64,000 nucleotides of DNA. Source: Camelus dromedarius. Its lineage: Eukaryota. Both the position numbers and the translations under genes were made by a program. The notes beneath the pieces are model-generated. The model was not told the DNA's origin and did no database searches. It saw nothing but the letters and a program-made list of their open reading frames with translations. The stretch covers positions 97,218,001 through 97,282,000 of the forward strand of contig NC_087437.1 of the NCBI RefSeq assembly GCF_036321535.1, given 5' to 3'. Positions 1 to 13,184 of this stretch are shown in pieces. The stretch's first letter is position 1. Every line of letters starts with the position of its first letter.

Positions 1-1469
1 GCATTACAAAGATGTCACTAAGAAACTACTAATTTGTTACCTTAACTACTTAAGTTTTTTAGAGTAAATTTTAATTCCAAAGAATATAAGGCACAGAATG
101 TGAATGACATACTGTTCACTTTTTAATGCCTCCAAATGTAAACATTCTTTTCCCACAAAAATAGTGGAATGTAGACCAATGTTAAATAAAAGCACAGAAC
201 CATATAATTCTTTCAAAGATACTTGAAACTAACAACTTAAATTTCCCTTAAAGTGGAAGATGGGGCTGATGATTGCAGAAATACAATTCAAAAGGCATAA
301 AGTAATATGCCTATTTGGTTCATTAAATTACACATTCTCCTGTTATATATATTCAGGTTTGAATTTTTTTAATTTTACAAAATTTTTTACTATTGTTAAT
401 TCTAACTACTATCTTGTAACTCCAGTACCTGTCCTGATTTGATTTCCCGGAGAGCAAACTTTTTAGAGTAGAACAACATTAATATATTGCTTTGGTATGA
501 TAGAAAAATAGGCCATTTATCATCTTGTTTTAAGAGAAAGTTCACGGATCAGCTCCTGTATGCTGTTTGTGTGTGAGTTTCCTACACTTTGCATTGCTAA
601 ATAATTGAGAACATTAGCTCCCAAACCATGAAAAATTCATTTTAACATGATGTATTATTAATCAATTTAATTTAAAGTGATCTGGAAAGTTCCAATTTCA
701 GTTGTGAAGCTTGAAGATAAATTCAGGCAGTGGTTGGTACTTATTAAAATTGTGTAACTCTTTATTGCCTGATTTCTATTTTTTTTCAGAAGTGGGTCAA
801 GCGCTAATGAAAATGGCATAAAAATGACAGGCTAAGCATTTTAGTCTACAAATTTGTTTGCATCTATAAAAGGAAAAAATAAAACAAACTTAGTCAACTT
901 CATCAATTAGCAATGTTGTGCTGCCACTTTTAAATTCTACACTGATGTGCACACATACATAAAAGTTTATATCTGAAAACCAGTTATGTGCAGATCTTTC
1001 CTCAGTAGAAAATTCTGGCTCATGTTTTGGCTATAAAGTAATTAATGAAAACAGTGCATTTGAGATAAAGTTAGAAGACGAATGATTGCTTGTGTAGTTC
1101 CTGTCACCAACCAATCACCATTTGAGAGTAAAGAAGGGTCTCATTAGCATGTAAACATCCAAAGTCACTGTGATTAATAGTCTTTTTTAAGCCTTTCAGG
1201 CATTTCTGAGAGTTGTACATGTCTCCCAAGTAATCTCTCTTACCTTTCATTCACCCTTAAGACTCTGGATGCCATTTTTGTTCAAGGTTCCATTCATGGC
1301 TCAGAACTACCAATACGGGGAGCCCTTGATGTGCCAAAATTTCACTGGGGCCCTCAATATGCCCTGAAATCATGATGCATCCCACCTATGAAGAAGGTGG
1401 GAGAGTCTGGTCACTTTTTTTCTTATGAAGACAAAAGACATACTACTTCATTCCCTAATGACTTACAGA

Positions 1470-1800
1470 GGAGCACGACAGAGAGGCAGAGAGAGAGAAA
1501 AGAGTCTTTCAGGTCTTACTTTTATGAAATCCTCCCTCCACTATTATCATCCCCTTAACCCCGTAACAGCCATGAGGTCACAAAGCCCTGGCCCAGAAAC
1601 ACAGCCAAGCGACAGACAGGATCCTCCCATCAGTATCACCCATACTCTCTCCCGAGACAGTGCTGCTGTGCCAAGGTTCTGTGCTTAACCTCTGCCATTA
1701 AGATAAGTTTTCCCATGACAGTCTTAAAGTTTTTATGTCTGGAAACTCCTGGAAGATTCAGCCCAGTGGAACTTTCCCCAGTGATCCTAAACCTAGCAGT
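1470..1800 (-). mobile_element. Degenerate MaLR-type (MLT1/MST-like) LTR fragment
   Basis: GAGAGAGAG...GTCTTACTTTTATGAA...CCATGAGG...CCTCCCATCAGTATCACCAT loosely follows the antisense MaLR LTR motif order; highly diverged. Confidence 0.3.
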
Positions 1801-4800
1801 AAATAAAAGTCAGTTATGTACAATTTAAAAATGGGGACCATGAGTGCTTATTTTGTAGTTTCAGGTTTTAAGCTAGAAACAAAATTTCCATTTATTAGTA
1901 TAGGGACAAAAAAAAAAAAAAAAGATCAGGAAAGGCAATTTCAGGCATATACTCTCATGGGATGGATAAATATTCCTTTGAGAAAGGGAAAAGAGAAAAT
2001 GACTTATTGTTACTGGGTGTGAAATGCACAGTGCTGTGGCCCTGATAAGCCCATTATCTTCCATCCTATTCCCGAGAAAAATACACATTCTACACAATAG
2101 TATTTGCTAATATTGCCATAGCAGGGTAATAACACACTGAAACAGTTTTGACGTAAGCCACTTGCCCACAAGCATTTATGTGACCCGAATACGGATCAGA
2201 AGTATCCCTTATAGTTGTGATAATTTAAGAGATTTTAAATGTTGGAGGAAGAGTCAAAAACATCTTCACCTATGCAGTAGGAAGAAATGTGTCCCCATCA
2301 AAGGCATTTTGCCTTGAGTATATGGCAGAAAAATAAGAGTTGGCGTCAATAAGGTTTAGTTGATATGAATTTAGGAACAATTAAACATTTACTCAGAAAA
2401 ATAAAAACAATATGAAAAGGAAAAGCTGGGAGATCTTTTCTGTAACCTGTATAAAGGAAAAACATTTTTCTATGAGAATTTTATTATTTTGGCTATTTCT
2501 ATTGATTTTATATGCTATTACTTCACACATGCTTTTATTTTTTGCTTACACATGTCTATTGCTAGGTTGTTTGATTCCAGAGAGTAAGAACCATGTTTTA
2601 CCCATCTTGGTATGATGCCTATCCATGAAAGAAACCTTGATATACATTTGTTGTGTTAAACTGAACTTCAGACTATTTGGATTTCTATAAGTCAGCATAT
2701 TAGCTGTTAATAATTTTGGCTCTTCTTGGATTTAAAGCCTGTCAGATTTTGCAGATTTTGTTCATAACCAGTGGACTTTGCCATCCCAAAGAGTGACTCA
2801 GTAAAATGAAATGTCATGCACCCAAGAACTGTTCGTTCATGATAATCTCACCATTATTAGTTAAACCACCCAATTTCCTGGACTGAAAGGACAATTTGCA
2901 ATATGTCTTCTTTTAAACAGAGGATTTTCTATACTCGCTCTGAGGTATTCAGCCAGTAGCATAAATTTTCACCCAATAAGGCTAAAACTCTATACCTCTT
3001 AATTCATTTTATTCTCTAAACTATCACATTCACACATTTCATCCAGTAACAAAAATTACAAATTGTTATCGAGTGAAAGTGGTTATGAAATTCTGACAAT
3101 AATGTTTGTATCATAAGAGACACATATATTCTCATATACCCCAGAGTTACCATTTTTCTAGAGAATAAATCTATGATATCGCTCACAAAAATAAATTCAG
3201 ATCAATCTTAAACAGAAATAACAGTTTAATTCTACAGTACTTATTATTCGTTAGGTAAAAAGAGGAAATCTTCCCATAAGATCTGGCTTTGTCATGGATA
3301 GGTATAATTTTTGTTTTGTTGGTGTAATAATGATTCAGCCTAGGGAAACCTTAGTAGTTGCTATATTGGTTTTCAATACAAAGGAAGTGTATGAAGTGGC
3401 CAGGGTAGTGTAAACATGTATCAACAACGAATGTGAGAGTAGAACTGGACTATAAAATAACGTAGCTATGAACATTGGGGCAAAGTTTCAATTCAGTATT
3501 AAATGGAAAACACAAATCAAAGAAGAGGGTTTCAGGGGAAATCACTCTCCTGAATGGCATGAGGATAATTTGTTTTAAGCTACTTTAGCAGATCAGGTGA
3601 TGAAAATTTTATTTTAAATTAAGTGAAGATTAAAACAAGACATGAAGAAGAAAAGGCCCAAACTTTTGGGCAAACTGCCAAGATGCTGATGAAATTGGTA
3701 TGAGTGGTATCAGCATAGTATTAGAATTTCTACAATTAAAAAAATAAGTTCAAAATGTACAGCTAATAGATTTTAACTGAGCTCAGCATGTAAACTGTAT
3801 TGAATTCCGTTTTGTTTTCATCATTTGTCTTGATTTCCACTTAAAAATAGATTCATCTAGGTGGGTCTAACTAAATATTTCATTCACTATGGACAGTATT
3901 TCTATAGCTCAACAGCTTAAACCATGAATTGACTTCCTTCAACACAATTATATTCCCAAATTAAAAAAAACAAAAACAAACCAAACAACTTAACAAAAAA
4001 AGAAAAATAAAGAAAAATTATGTGTGATTCAAATAAAATACCATGTCTAAGAATCATATTATTGGTTAAATCAAATATTTGATAAGTAGATACTTGGTAA
4101 AATCAATAAAATTAGAATAATTAGAGTTTACCCCTGACTCTTTAATTCTATATTAAACTAATTAATAGGAAACTTAAAAACTCACTTTTTTAAGACCTAA
4201 GAGGAAGACTCTACCTTTGCTATAGCTTCTTTGGTGGCTTACCATAATCTTGGAGGTAAGTAAAACCTTCTCTCCAAAAATTGAAACCATTTTCACGTCT
4301 TTAATGTAATTGGACACTCATATATATTAGGCTAGGAATGAGACTTTCATAATAATATCCTTTGAAAGACAAATGACTATTTCCAGAACTGAAAAGAATC
4401 CATAATTTACGGTGGAGGCTATCAGCTGTTGGGACCATCTATGAAGTGGGGTTGTTGGGCGGGTGGGTGCTACACGGATGCTACTTTCCTACTTGGGCCC
4501 TCACTTTACCATGTGGATGAGCTGTGTGAAACTGCAATGTCTACATAAATACAAACACACACATTCTTTTTTCACTATGAAGTAGATCCATTTCAATACT
4601 CTAAATATTTGTTTTCATCCATTTTATTGATGAGGTCATGAAAGTTTTCATAGTCATAATCTTCACCATTTAGTAATTTAATATTCATAATCCTCATTGT
4701 TTCTTCTTGATCCTTTAGGATAGACATGACTCACACTGCCCTGCTGTGTGCTATGTCTCGTGTATAGCACAGATTAGTGCAAAGATCTGAGAAGCAGCAC

Positions 4801-5304
4801 AATAAATCATCTAATCACAAAGAACAATGATGCTCATAAGGTTCTAAACCCTTAGGGCTTGGTTGACTTTCAGGGAGAAGAAAGTAGAGAACTGCTGGAG
4901 AATTTGCTTTTGCCAATAAATTTCTAGTAAAAACAGAGCAGCCCAAGAAAAAATACACTGAGATAAAGATTTTTGTCTAAATAGTGACAAAACATGTACG
5001 TGAAAACACAAACTTTGTCTTTTGTCCAGTCTTTTTCACTTTGAGTAAACAAAGCAACAGATTTCTCTCAGAAATTGATTTAAAACGAGTATTTTAAAAA
5101 TGGACTGCAGTGAGCACATGTTTGGGGGAGAAGCACTTTTGCTATAAATATATCTGTCCTCTATCATATGTCCTCACTGAAATCCGAGAATTAAAAAAAA
5201 AAACTGCTTATTTCATTTATTTCAGGCATGTTTTTATCCCAGCATCTTGCAAAGTTTTTTATTGTTGCTTTTCTTTTGGTTTTTTGCTTTGTTTCGCTCT
5301 AGTC

Positions 5305-5432
5305 CTATTAGTATCCCCTTTTACTAATGAGAACACTGAAGTTCAAAGATCATGGCTTACTGAGTAAGCGATGCACCTTAGTTTGAAATTCAAGGCTGTT
5401 TATCCCAGGAACCACGCTCTAAACCACCACAT
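5305..5432 (-). mobile_element. MIR SINE fragment
   Basis: TATTAGTATCCCCTTTTACTAATGAGAACACTGAAG resembles the antisense MIR core (ATTATCCCCATTTTACAGATGAGGAAACTGAGG), followed by TTTGAAATTCAAGG...CACGCTCTAAACCAC. Confidence 0.6.
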
Positions 5433-7037
5433 CTATTGCTCCTCATTAAACTATATTGCGTTGACGTGAGCCTTATATCAGGTGAGACCTAACAATGTAA
5501 GAGAGCTTTGTTTTGATAGATGGGTAGATAATTGTTTGATAACTCTCTCTTCAAACTACTATTAAATATAATGAATGATAAGTTACCTCATAAAGAAAAG
5601 GCTGGTTATGAGAAAATCATTTTTAGGAAAAAAAATTATCTCTATGGGGCTTCCATCCAAGATGTTATTTCAAACCTAAATACATTCTGCTGGAGGACGT
5701 GGAAGGTAAGAGGAAATTGAGCTTCCGCAATTACCCATTGCCAGCATTTGACATCAACTTTCAGTTGGATCTGGTCATTATTCATCTTGGTATTTATAAG
5801 TTCATACTCTAAATGGATATAAAGTCCTGTAAGTTTTCAGAAGCTCTCACATTTTTCAGTGTATGCTTAGTTTTATGTATAGCGAAAGTTTCTGAAAATT
5901 TCTACAATAAAAAATTAAAGCAAAACTTAAAAAAAAAAAGTGTCAAACTTAGTTTCCTAAATTCATTTGACTATAGAACTCTCTTCTCATTCAATATATA
6001 TGAGTGCCTCAGTGTTCAATCTAGAATTTGCTACAGGCTAGTATATTAGAATTCATGCTGAATCCTTCCAACATCCCAAATGTTACCTAAAACTGATAAA
6101 CTGCATGAATAGCTAGTGACTTGGGAGGAAAAAAATCTTAGCAAATTAGCAAAATTTCATCAAAATAATCAATATTTATACATTTTCAAACATTCATAAA
6201 GCTGAAAATATTCTGTAACCACCTAATTTGCATAAAGATGAAGAAAGAACAGATTATTAATATCTCTTTGATCTCATTTTCTCTAAGTTTGTCAACTGTC
6301 CCTCACTTTTATGCTGTTTTATCATTGCCTTTCCTCTGATTAAGCAATAGTAAACTTGTATCTGAAATATATTTGCCAAATAAATTTGCATCCTGATGTA
6401 TGCAGGAACATATTTTTCAGTTACATTTTGAATTTTTTCTCTTACTGAAATAAATAAATTTGATTAACTGCCTTCTGTTTGAAGCTTTGTTAAAGAAAAT
6501 ATTTTTGCAAGGTTAATTCTAAGCTAAATTAAAGTGATTAAGAATCTATTCACTACCCTTGGACAAAAAACCACAGGATGTTTCACAGGCTTGAAGTAAG
6601 TTGAATCTTTTGGAAGCTATCTGTATTTGGAGCAAACACAGGCAACTGGTGAGGGCAGATAAAATAAAATTCTGTCCATGAATTTAATGGCAAAGAAATA
6701 AAACTGCCTTCGTGTCGTTATCCATGCCAGCTGAGCCCACATTTCTCAATTCCTTCCAACTATTACCAGTAGGAAACTTATCAAGAGAGATTGATATCAA
6801 TGTTTGAATTAAGCAAAATGTTGATTGCATTGAGTTTGGTGTTCTGCATCAAACATGGACTAAGATAGAGTTTCAGTGGTATGGTTATTGTATCTCTTCT
6901 GTAACACCTTCAACTGTAGGACTAAATGCCTGCCCCATCACTTTATTCATTCTACATCCTGGTTTCTTTTTAAAAACAGTCTCTGCTGATTATAAAATGT
7001 AACAAATTTTCTATTTTAGAACACTTGGAAAATGCAA

Positions 7038-7140
7038 CACATACATATGTATATACACACACACACACATACATAAGCAATGAAGTAATATATATATACA
7101 CACACATATATCAATATATACACACACATAAGCAATAAAA
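7038..7140. repeat. Compound (CA)n/(TA)n microsatellite with a repeated ACATAAGCAAT motif
   Basis: Directly visible alternating CA/TA runs; ACATAAGCAAT occurs twice. Confidence 0.85.
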
Positions 7141-7374
7141 TAATAATAAAACAATTTGTAAGGACAAAGATTATAACTTTGGTACATTAATTTCCCATCA
7201 ATTCTCTGAATAATGCCATAAGAACCTGATTTTCCTCATTCTGACACTTTTAACACATTTCCTCTTGCCCTCCTTGTCTGTAATTCGAAGGACTTGCAAT
7301 AGTGGTAAGATGGGTCCATCAGCTATATTTACACTGCATTTTCTTCTATCTTCATACCATTTTTACTATTTGAT

Positions 7375-7750
7375 TTCATTAAACACACTATATTGACTCA
7401 TCATATATCAGACACTTACTGGGCATTGGGGGATACATAATGACAAACATAACAGGAACATTCCCATTCTTGCTGAGCAAAACAATGCATTTTAAAAAGA
7501 AAGAAACACCTAAAGATATGTAAGTTAAAAAAAAAAAAAGGTTTAGGTAGAACTGATTGCTATTCAGAGAAGCAAGGCAGGGTGTTGTCAAAGAGTGACT
7601 GGAAAGCTACTTTACATTGGGTAACAGGGAAGTTCTCTCTAGATGAAAACTTAGACCTAAAATCAAGAAAGAGTTGACCATGTTAATAAATACCAGAGAA
7701 GGAAAAATGGTCCAGGAGGAAGGAATAGCTAATGCAAAATCCTACTGCAA
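7375..7750 (-). mobile_element. L2 LINE 3' fragment
   Basis: TATTGACTCATCATATATCAGACACTTACTGGGCATTGGGGGATACA...GGAAGGAATAGCTAATGCAAAATCCT matches the antisense L2 3' end pattern. Confidence 0.6.
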
Positions 7751-7800
7751 ACAATGCATCTACCCCTCTTCAAGTCACTTCTTTGTGAACCATCTTAAGG

Positions 7801-7808
<8 letters not shown>

Positions 7809-7845
<37 letters not shown>

Positions 7846-7877
7846 TATATGTATATATGTATATATATATATATATA
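7809..7877. repeat. (TA)n/(CA)n microsatellite preceded by an A run
   Basis: Directly visible. Confidence 0.95.
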
Positions 7878-7945
7878 AATAATGAGAATTAGCTATCTAT
7901 ACTTGTTACTACAAGCAGCACAGAAAGTCCCTATTCTCATCTATG

Positions 7946-8417
7946 TGTGAACAAAAAATTCTGCAAGCCACATCAGTAAACAAAGAATGCTGAAACCATC
8001 AAGTTATCAGCCACTGCCATCCCCCACCCCCAGTGAAGACAAGCCTGCAGCCCAGCCTCTGCAGCCACTCACAGTGGTGCACCCTGAGGGGACTCAAAAT
8101 AAGAAAGGACAGGATACTGGCCTTAGATAGCTAGGTGCTTGTCAAAAGAATGAATTCAATGAGCCCAAATGTTTGCTTCCTCCCATACACAGAAAAGCGC
8201 TAAATTCTTTAACTTGAGATGCCTGTTTTTCTTTAGATAACAAATAATCTTTCATTGTTTCAACTACCTGGTCTTTGTTGTAAAGCTCCTACAATTCCTA
8301 GCTCCTCCCCTACCTCTTCAGAGCAGTCCCTCAGAGCCATCTGAGAGCTGCTGAGTCCTCCTGCCAAATAAAACATAACTCTCAAGATTGCAGGCTGCAC
8401 ATTTATTTCAGTCGACA
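7946..8417 (+). mobile_element. ERV1-like solo LTR
   Basis: Starts TGTGAAC and ends TTTCAGTCGACA; AATAAA near 8367; flanked by a near-identical 4-bp TSD, TATG (7942-7945) and TTTG (8418-8421). The 3' part (GAGCAGTCCCTCAGAGCCATCTGAGA...AATAAAACATAACTCTCAA) is typical of laurasiatherian ERV1 LTRs. Family not assigned. Confidence 0.8.
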
Positions 8418-8704
8418 TTTGCAACCATTGATACAGATTGAGTTTGGAAAAAATCTTATCCAAAAATTAGATATCAAAGAGAAGATTCCCATAGCAGCAA
8501 AATTTTCTAAAACATACTTCATTATGAATGTCTAGTGAAACATACTGGCTTATTAAAATGATTGATTCAATCAATTCGCTAAATATTTACTTTTCTTATG
8601 TTGTACTAAGTGGGAGAAAAAAAAGGAAAATTAATGCTGTGATCTTGTAATATTCTGAATAAGGATTCTTATTTTAAATACTTAGGGAAATATGAAAAAA
8701 AAAT

Positions 8705-9254
8705 TTCAACAGAGCAAGACCCCGTGGGGTCCTCCTGATACAAATTCTTTCTGTCCTATTTCTCTTTTGTAGTAAATAGGTTTCATTCAGCCTCCTTGAC
8801 CTTCCCTGAGGGAAGATTCAGACAGTTGCTCTTCAGAGAAGGGAGGGGATGCAGAGACAAGGGAGGAACAGTCAAGAAACAATAGTGCAGCCTCAGGGCA
8901 GGGTCCTGGGTCCCACTCAAGAAATATGCATAATAATATCTGTGTTTTTCTGCAGAAACTAAGGCCCCACCCAGGCAGAGGAAGGCAACTTCAGCACAAG
9001 ACTTCCTGGAACAACACCCTCTTATCTCACCACAAATCAATCAGAAGAAAGCCACACATCCTGCAGCCCTCACTCCAAATTTTGACTATACAATCCTTTT
9101 CCCCAGAAACTATCAGAGTTTGAGTTTTTCAAGCATGACCCACCCATCCTCCTTACCTGGCTCTGCAATAAACCTTTCTCTGCCCCAAACTCCGATGTAT
9201 TCGGTTTATTTGGCGTCACTGTGCATCAGGCACATGCATTTTTGTTTGGTAACA
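8705..9254 (+). mobile_element. ERV1-like solo LTR (cetartiodactyl type)
   Basis: Starts TTCAACAGAGCAAGACCC (decayed TGTAACAG...) and ends TTTGGTAACA; AATAAA near 9167; perfect 4-bp TSD AAAT at 8701-8704 and 9255-9258. Confidence 0.85.
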
Positions 9255-10039
9255 AAATCAATATTAAAATTACAAAAATATATACTAAAGAAATATAATT
9301 ACTGGCCTATGCAATTTTTCCAGTGTCAGAAATATTTATTACCAGACACTGGATCTATTTAGTCATACCCATTTTTTGAAAGGCAAACAGTATGAAGGAG
9401 ACACAAATAACTTAGGGGACACACAAGATATAATAATTACACAAAGAATGCCAAGAACCTACAATGTATTATAGAAATACACCAGCAAATCATTTTCAAA
9501 AGGCATGACTAGTTTCTTGATATGATTTGCCCATATGCCTCACCTGGCAAAGCAATGGAAAGTGGTTTCCTCAACCCCCAATCTCCTTTCCCATAGGCTA
9601 CCCTTGTGAGTTCTTTCCTTTTCAAGATTGATTTTGACATTAAAAGAGTGTAAGGAGAAGAAAAGCAAATAGAAAAAGATGAACAGAAATATTAGAGCCA
9701 AGAAATCCACGTTTTCCAAACCTGCGCAACTGGCACAACTGCAGTTCTTAATGATCATTTCAGATACCCAGATGCAGTAATAACTGCTGTTTTTGAGCAA
9801 AGAAGTCAAATAGCTTGGAAGACATTGCTAAGTAGAAGGAAAAACAATGGGCTGATTACCAGCACTTTCAAATTTAGTCAACATTTTAGTGTAAATTCGT
9901 GCATATTCCTTAGATACCTGAGCTTCAGAATCTTCATCTGCTAAATAAAGGAATTTAATTACACTACATTTCAGTTCTTTTTGCATTCCAAAATTGTATG
10001 TGTCTAGGATGAATCATGCACTAAGTCACAGTATAAACA

Positions 10040-10466
10040 TTTCCTGGCCCCAGCCTTTGTCTCTGACTTCATCTCTATCCAGGTACTCTCTACTCTTCAG
10101 CCACACTGACCTTGCTCTTCCTGGAACAAACAAACTTGTTTTCATATCAGTGCCCTTAAGCATTAAGTAAGTCTGCCTGGAATACTTTTAAGGCTCATTC
10201 CTTATCATTATTCAAATCTATGCTCATTGTCACCTCCTCAAAGAGGCTTTTCTCAATTGCTCTACCTAAAGTACTTTTTCTCTTCTGCTCTCTTAACACT
10301 TATATTTCTCTTAACATTTGTCATTATCAGCAGTTGATCACCACCTCCTCCATTCCTGTCAAAGCGAAAGCTCCAGGAAGAGTGCCAAGTGTTGTCATTT
10401 TTAATTCTATGCCAGTGAATATTGTACCTTATCACATATGTGAGTATTCCATTATTCTTCAATAAA
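10040..10466 (+). mobile_element. L2 LINE 3' region
   Basis: CTGGCCCCAGCC...TTCAGCCACACTGACC...CTGCCTGGAATAC...TGTCACCTCCTCAAAGAGGC...TCAATAAA follows the L2 3' motif order. Confidence 0.65.
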
Positions 10467-10627
10467 GACAGAATATTTATGCTTCATATCCCATTGTCAT
10501 ATTATATTTAGCACATAAGAAACAAAGCCATTCCAATTCTGGACTGCCTTTAAAAAGCCCAATTTTCTGAGCTTTCTGTGTTATTTAATATTCAGAATGA
10601 TTATGTTGGATAAAAGGAGGAAAGTCA

Positions 10628-10770
10628 CAGCTCTCAAACATTGGTATACACTGCAATCAATCTGAAACCTTGAGTCTCCTCCCTAATACAACTATCATAC
10701 AACAAAGACTTTGGTCCAGGAGGTCTGTATTTTTTGCCAGATCTTGCAGGTGGTTCTGATAATCATGGTC
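10628..10770. mobile_element. MER5-like hAT DNA transposon remnant
   Basis: CTCTCAAACATTGGTATACACTGCAATCA...CCAGGAGGTCTGTATTTTT...CAGGTGGTTCTGAT resembles MER5A/B. Confidence 0.5.
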
Positions 10771-10899
10771 TTTGACTTATATCTTGAAGTAGCAGCCTGT
10801 GGCTAAATTCCTATGCAATGGAGTGAATATTGTACTTAAAGGAGATGTAGAGGTCTCTGGGCAAGTTATTGGAGTATAGCTTTTGGGAAAACTGATCTC

Positions 10900-11130
10900 C
10901 TGGAGACCACACAAGTTGTTGGTGATAACTGAACCTTGCACTTTACAGGAATAGATGTCCCAGGACCACTGCAATAGTGGCGGAGAGGAAGACAGCATAT
11001 AAATATCTCTGCTCATATTTCATTGACCAATGCAAATCTCATAGTCATGCCAAAACTCAGAAAGGTGAGGACATATAATCTCTCATGTGTCCAAAAGGAA
11101 AACCATAGGTAACAGTGTATATGACTAACG
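10900..11130 (-). mobile_element. Old MLT1-type LTR fragment
   Basis: TCTGCTCATATTTCATTGACCAATGCAAATCTCATAGTCATGCC resembles the antisense MLT1J/K-like motif. Confidence 0.4.
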
Positions 11131-12054
11131 TGTCTCACGCGCACTTCTGTCTTCACAATGAATAAATTCTTGAACAGAGGAGAAAATTGGTAGTCTTGGG
11201 TTGGAAGCTTCTAGTACACTGGTTTTGCATGATTCATATTTGGGAATCATAGAACACTGAATTATCTAAGTAATTTTAGAAATTGATAGGACTTCAGTTC
11301 CAATTACAGTAAATACAAATAAGTCTAATAAACTTAATTTCACAAATAGAAAATATTTAATATGTTTTACATATGCTATATTTTTACTGTGCACCAAGAC
11401 TTACCTTGCGTCTAAAAAGACGGATCCCGTTTGTAATAATAAACTATTTCAATATCTTGCTATAATACTTAGTTTATTTTCTCAAAGTTTTGAAAATAAT
11501 TACATATTTTTTAAGCAAAGAAGGGAAAAAGTCAGCTTTAAAGAAATTTCTCCATACTGTGCTTTTCTTTGAAGTAATTGTATTTTGGTGTCCACACCAG
11601 TTACACAATTTTTGCCAAACTCATAAATTTTAATGCTCTGTAATTACATAAGGTGATAACTGTACTTAGAGCTTTTATATTCTGTTCCATTCAAAGAACA
11701 TTCTTCATTCTAGGTGATTTTCCTCTTTTGGATGGGGCACTTTCATATGTCTCACCACTGAGGATAAAGAGAATCTACAAATATTAATTTCACTATCTCA
11801 GTGGCATAAATGAAAACAGTTATTGAGACTTAGCCTGATTTCTCCAGTTCAGTAAGTGTCTAAAGATCCTCAGATAGAGCTTCAATGCAATTTTATATTC
11901 AATTTAAAATATTTCAGTGTGTGTTTCAAGTTAAAAAAAATTGTTAATTATTAAGAAACCATGGGTGCCAGCTAAGCAGCAGCACATTAATGAAAGTTTG
12001 TTTTCAAGTCCTTGGGCTTCTATAATTGGTATACTTCATAAATTACATATATCC

Positions 12055-12465
12055 TCAAAATGAATAAAGGAAAACCTCATTCAAAATGGAATCAGGAAGC
12101 CCTGAAGGGGGAGGTCTCAGACACATGCCACTCCTGGTAACTCACTTTCTGCAACACAGCAGGAAGAAAGAAGATTTTCTCTTTGCCCAGTAACAACCCA
12201 GCCAATGAGAAACCACCTCAATTCAGCCAATGAGAAGCCACCAGATCCCAGAACTCTGTCTCTACTTTCCTGAACTTCTGTTCCAAAAAGCTCCTCCCAA
12301 CTTCCTCCTTTCCTCTATAAAAGAGCACTCCACTCCTTCATTCTTCAGACTTGCTTATGGATCATCACAATTTATAAGTCCTGAATTGCAATTCCTCGGT
12401 TATTCCTGAATAAGCTTGATTTTGCTGGTTAAACTACTTACCATTTTTTTTTTTAAAAGCTGACA
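12055..12465 (+). mobile_element. ERV1-like solo LTR with tandem CCAAT boxes and TATA box
   Basis: AAAATGGAATCAGGAAGCC near the 5' end; CAGCCAATGAGAA at 12199 and 12224; TATAAAA at 12316-12322; ends GCTGACA; possible TSD ATCC/ACCC. Confidence 0.75.
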
Positions 12466-13184
12466 ACCCTTCATATAGAAAAGTGGCTACACTAATCTTA
12501 ATATCCATTTGTCAGTTTCCTACACTTTAAAAGCTACGGAATAAAATTAGTTTTAATGTGGATTCATTCTTGCTCAAGGTCTGCTACTATTGATTGTGAT
12601 CTGTTGATGGTCTGCTTACCAATCTCTTCAAAATAATAATTTAAAATTTTATTAACAAAAGACTTAACTTGAATCTCTTTTACTATTAAGTAATCGAGGG
12701 AAAATAAAAGTACTGAAATAATATGCCCATGGATAAATAGAGAAAGATCAGACAGCTGGATTTTTTTTTCCATCAGGGTTAAACCATGTTTACTATATAA
12801 CAGTATGAGCATGGTTTTTCTAAAACATTCTTTTTTAAAAATTCACCAATGTGTACTCTTCAGGCAATTGTTATACAACAAAACTTTCGTGAGTGGAGAG
12901 ATTTAGAGTTAAGAGCTATAAGCTGATTCACTCGACAGTCTATCAGTTATTCCCTGGAAAAGTCACATACTTCTCAATACTTAATGTTATTGTCACAGGA
13001 TGGGATTTTATCACTTCAGACATGGCTTTTTGCATCTCCTTTCTACTCTGTCCTATTTTATTAACCTCATTTTAAAACCTATTGTTATTATGCCATTACT
13101 TTGTTCAGAAATCTTCAGTGTTTTTAAGTTAATAATATGTTGAAAGGTCTTCTCGGTACTAGGAAAGGAACGTGGTGTCATACC

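Noticed and set aside
9540..9809. Minus-strand ORF/exon with CAG|GTGAGG donor and a hydrophobic stretch
   Set aside because: The hydrophobic run is just a translated pyrimidine tract, there is no well-placed acceptor AG, and no homology is recognisable.
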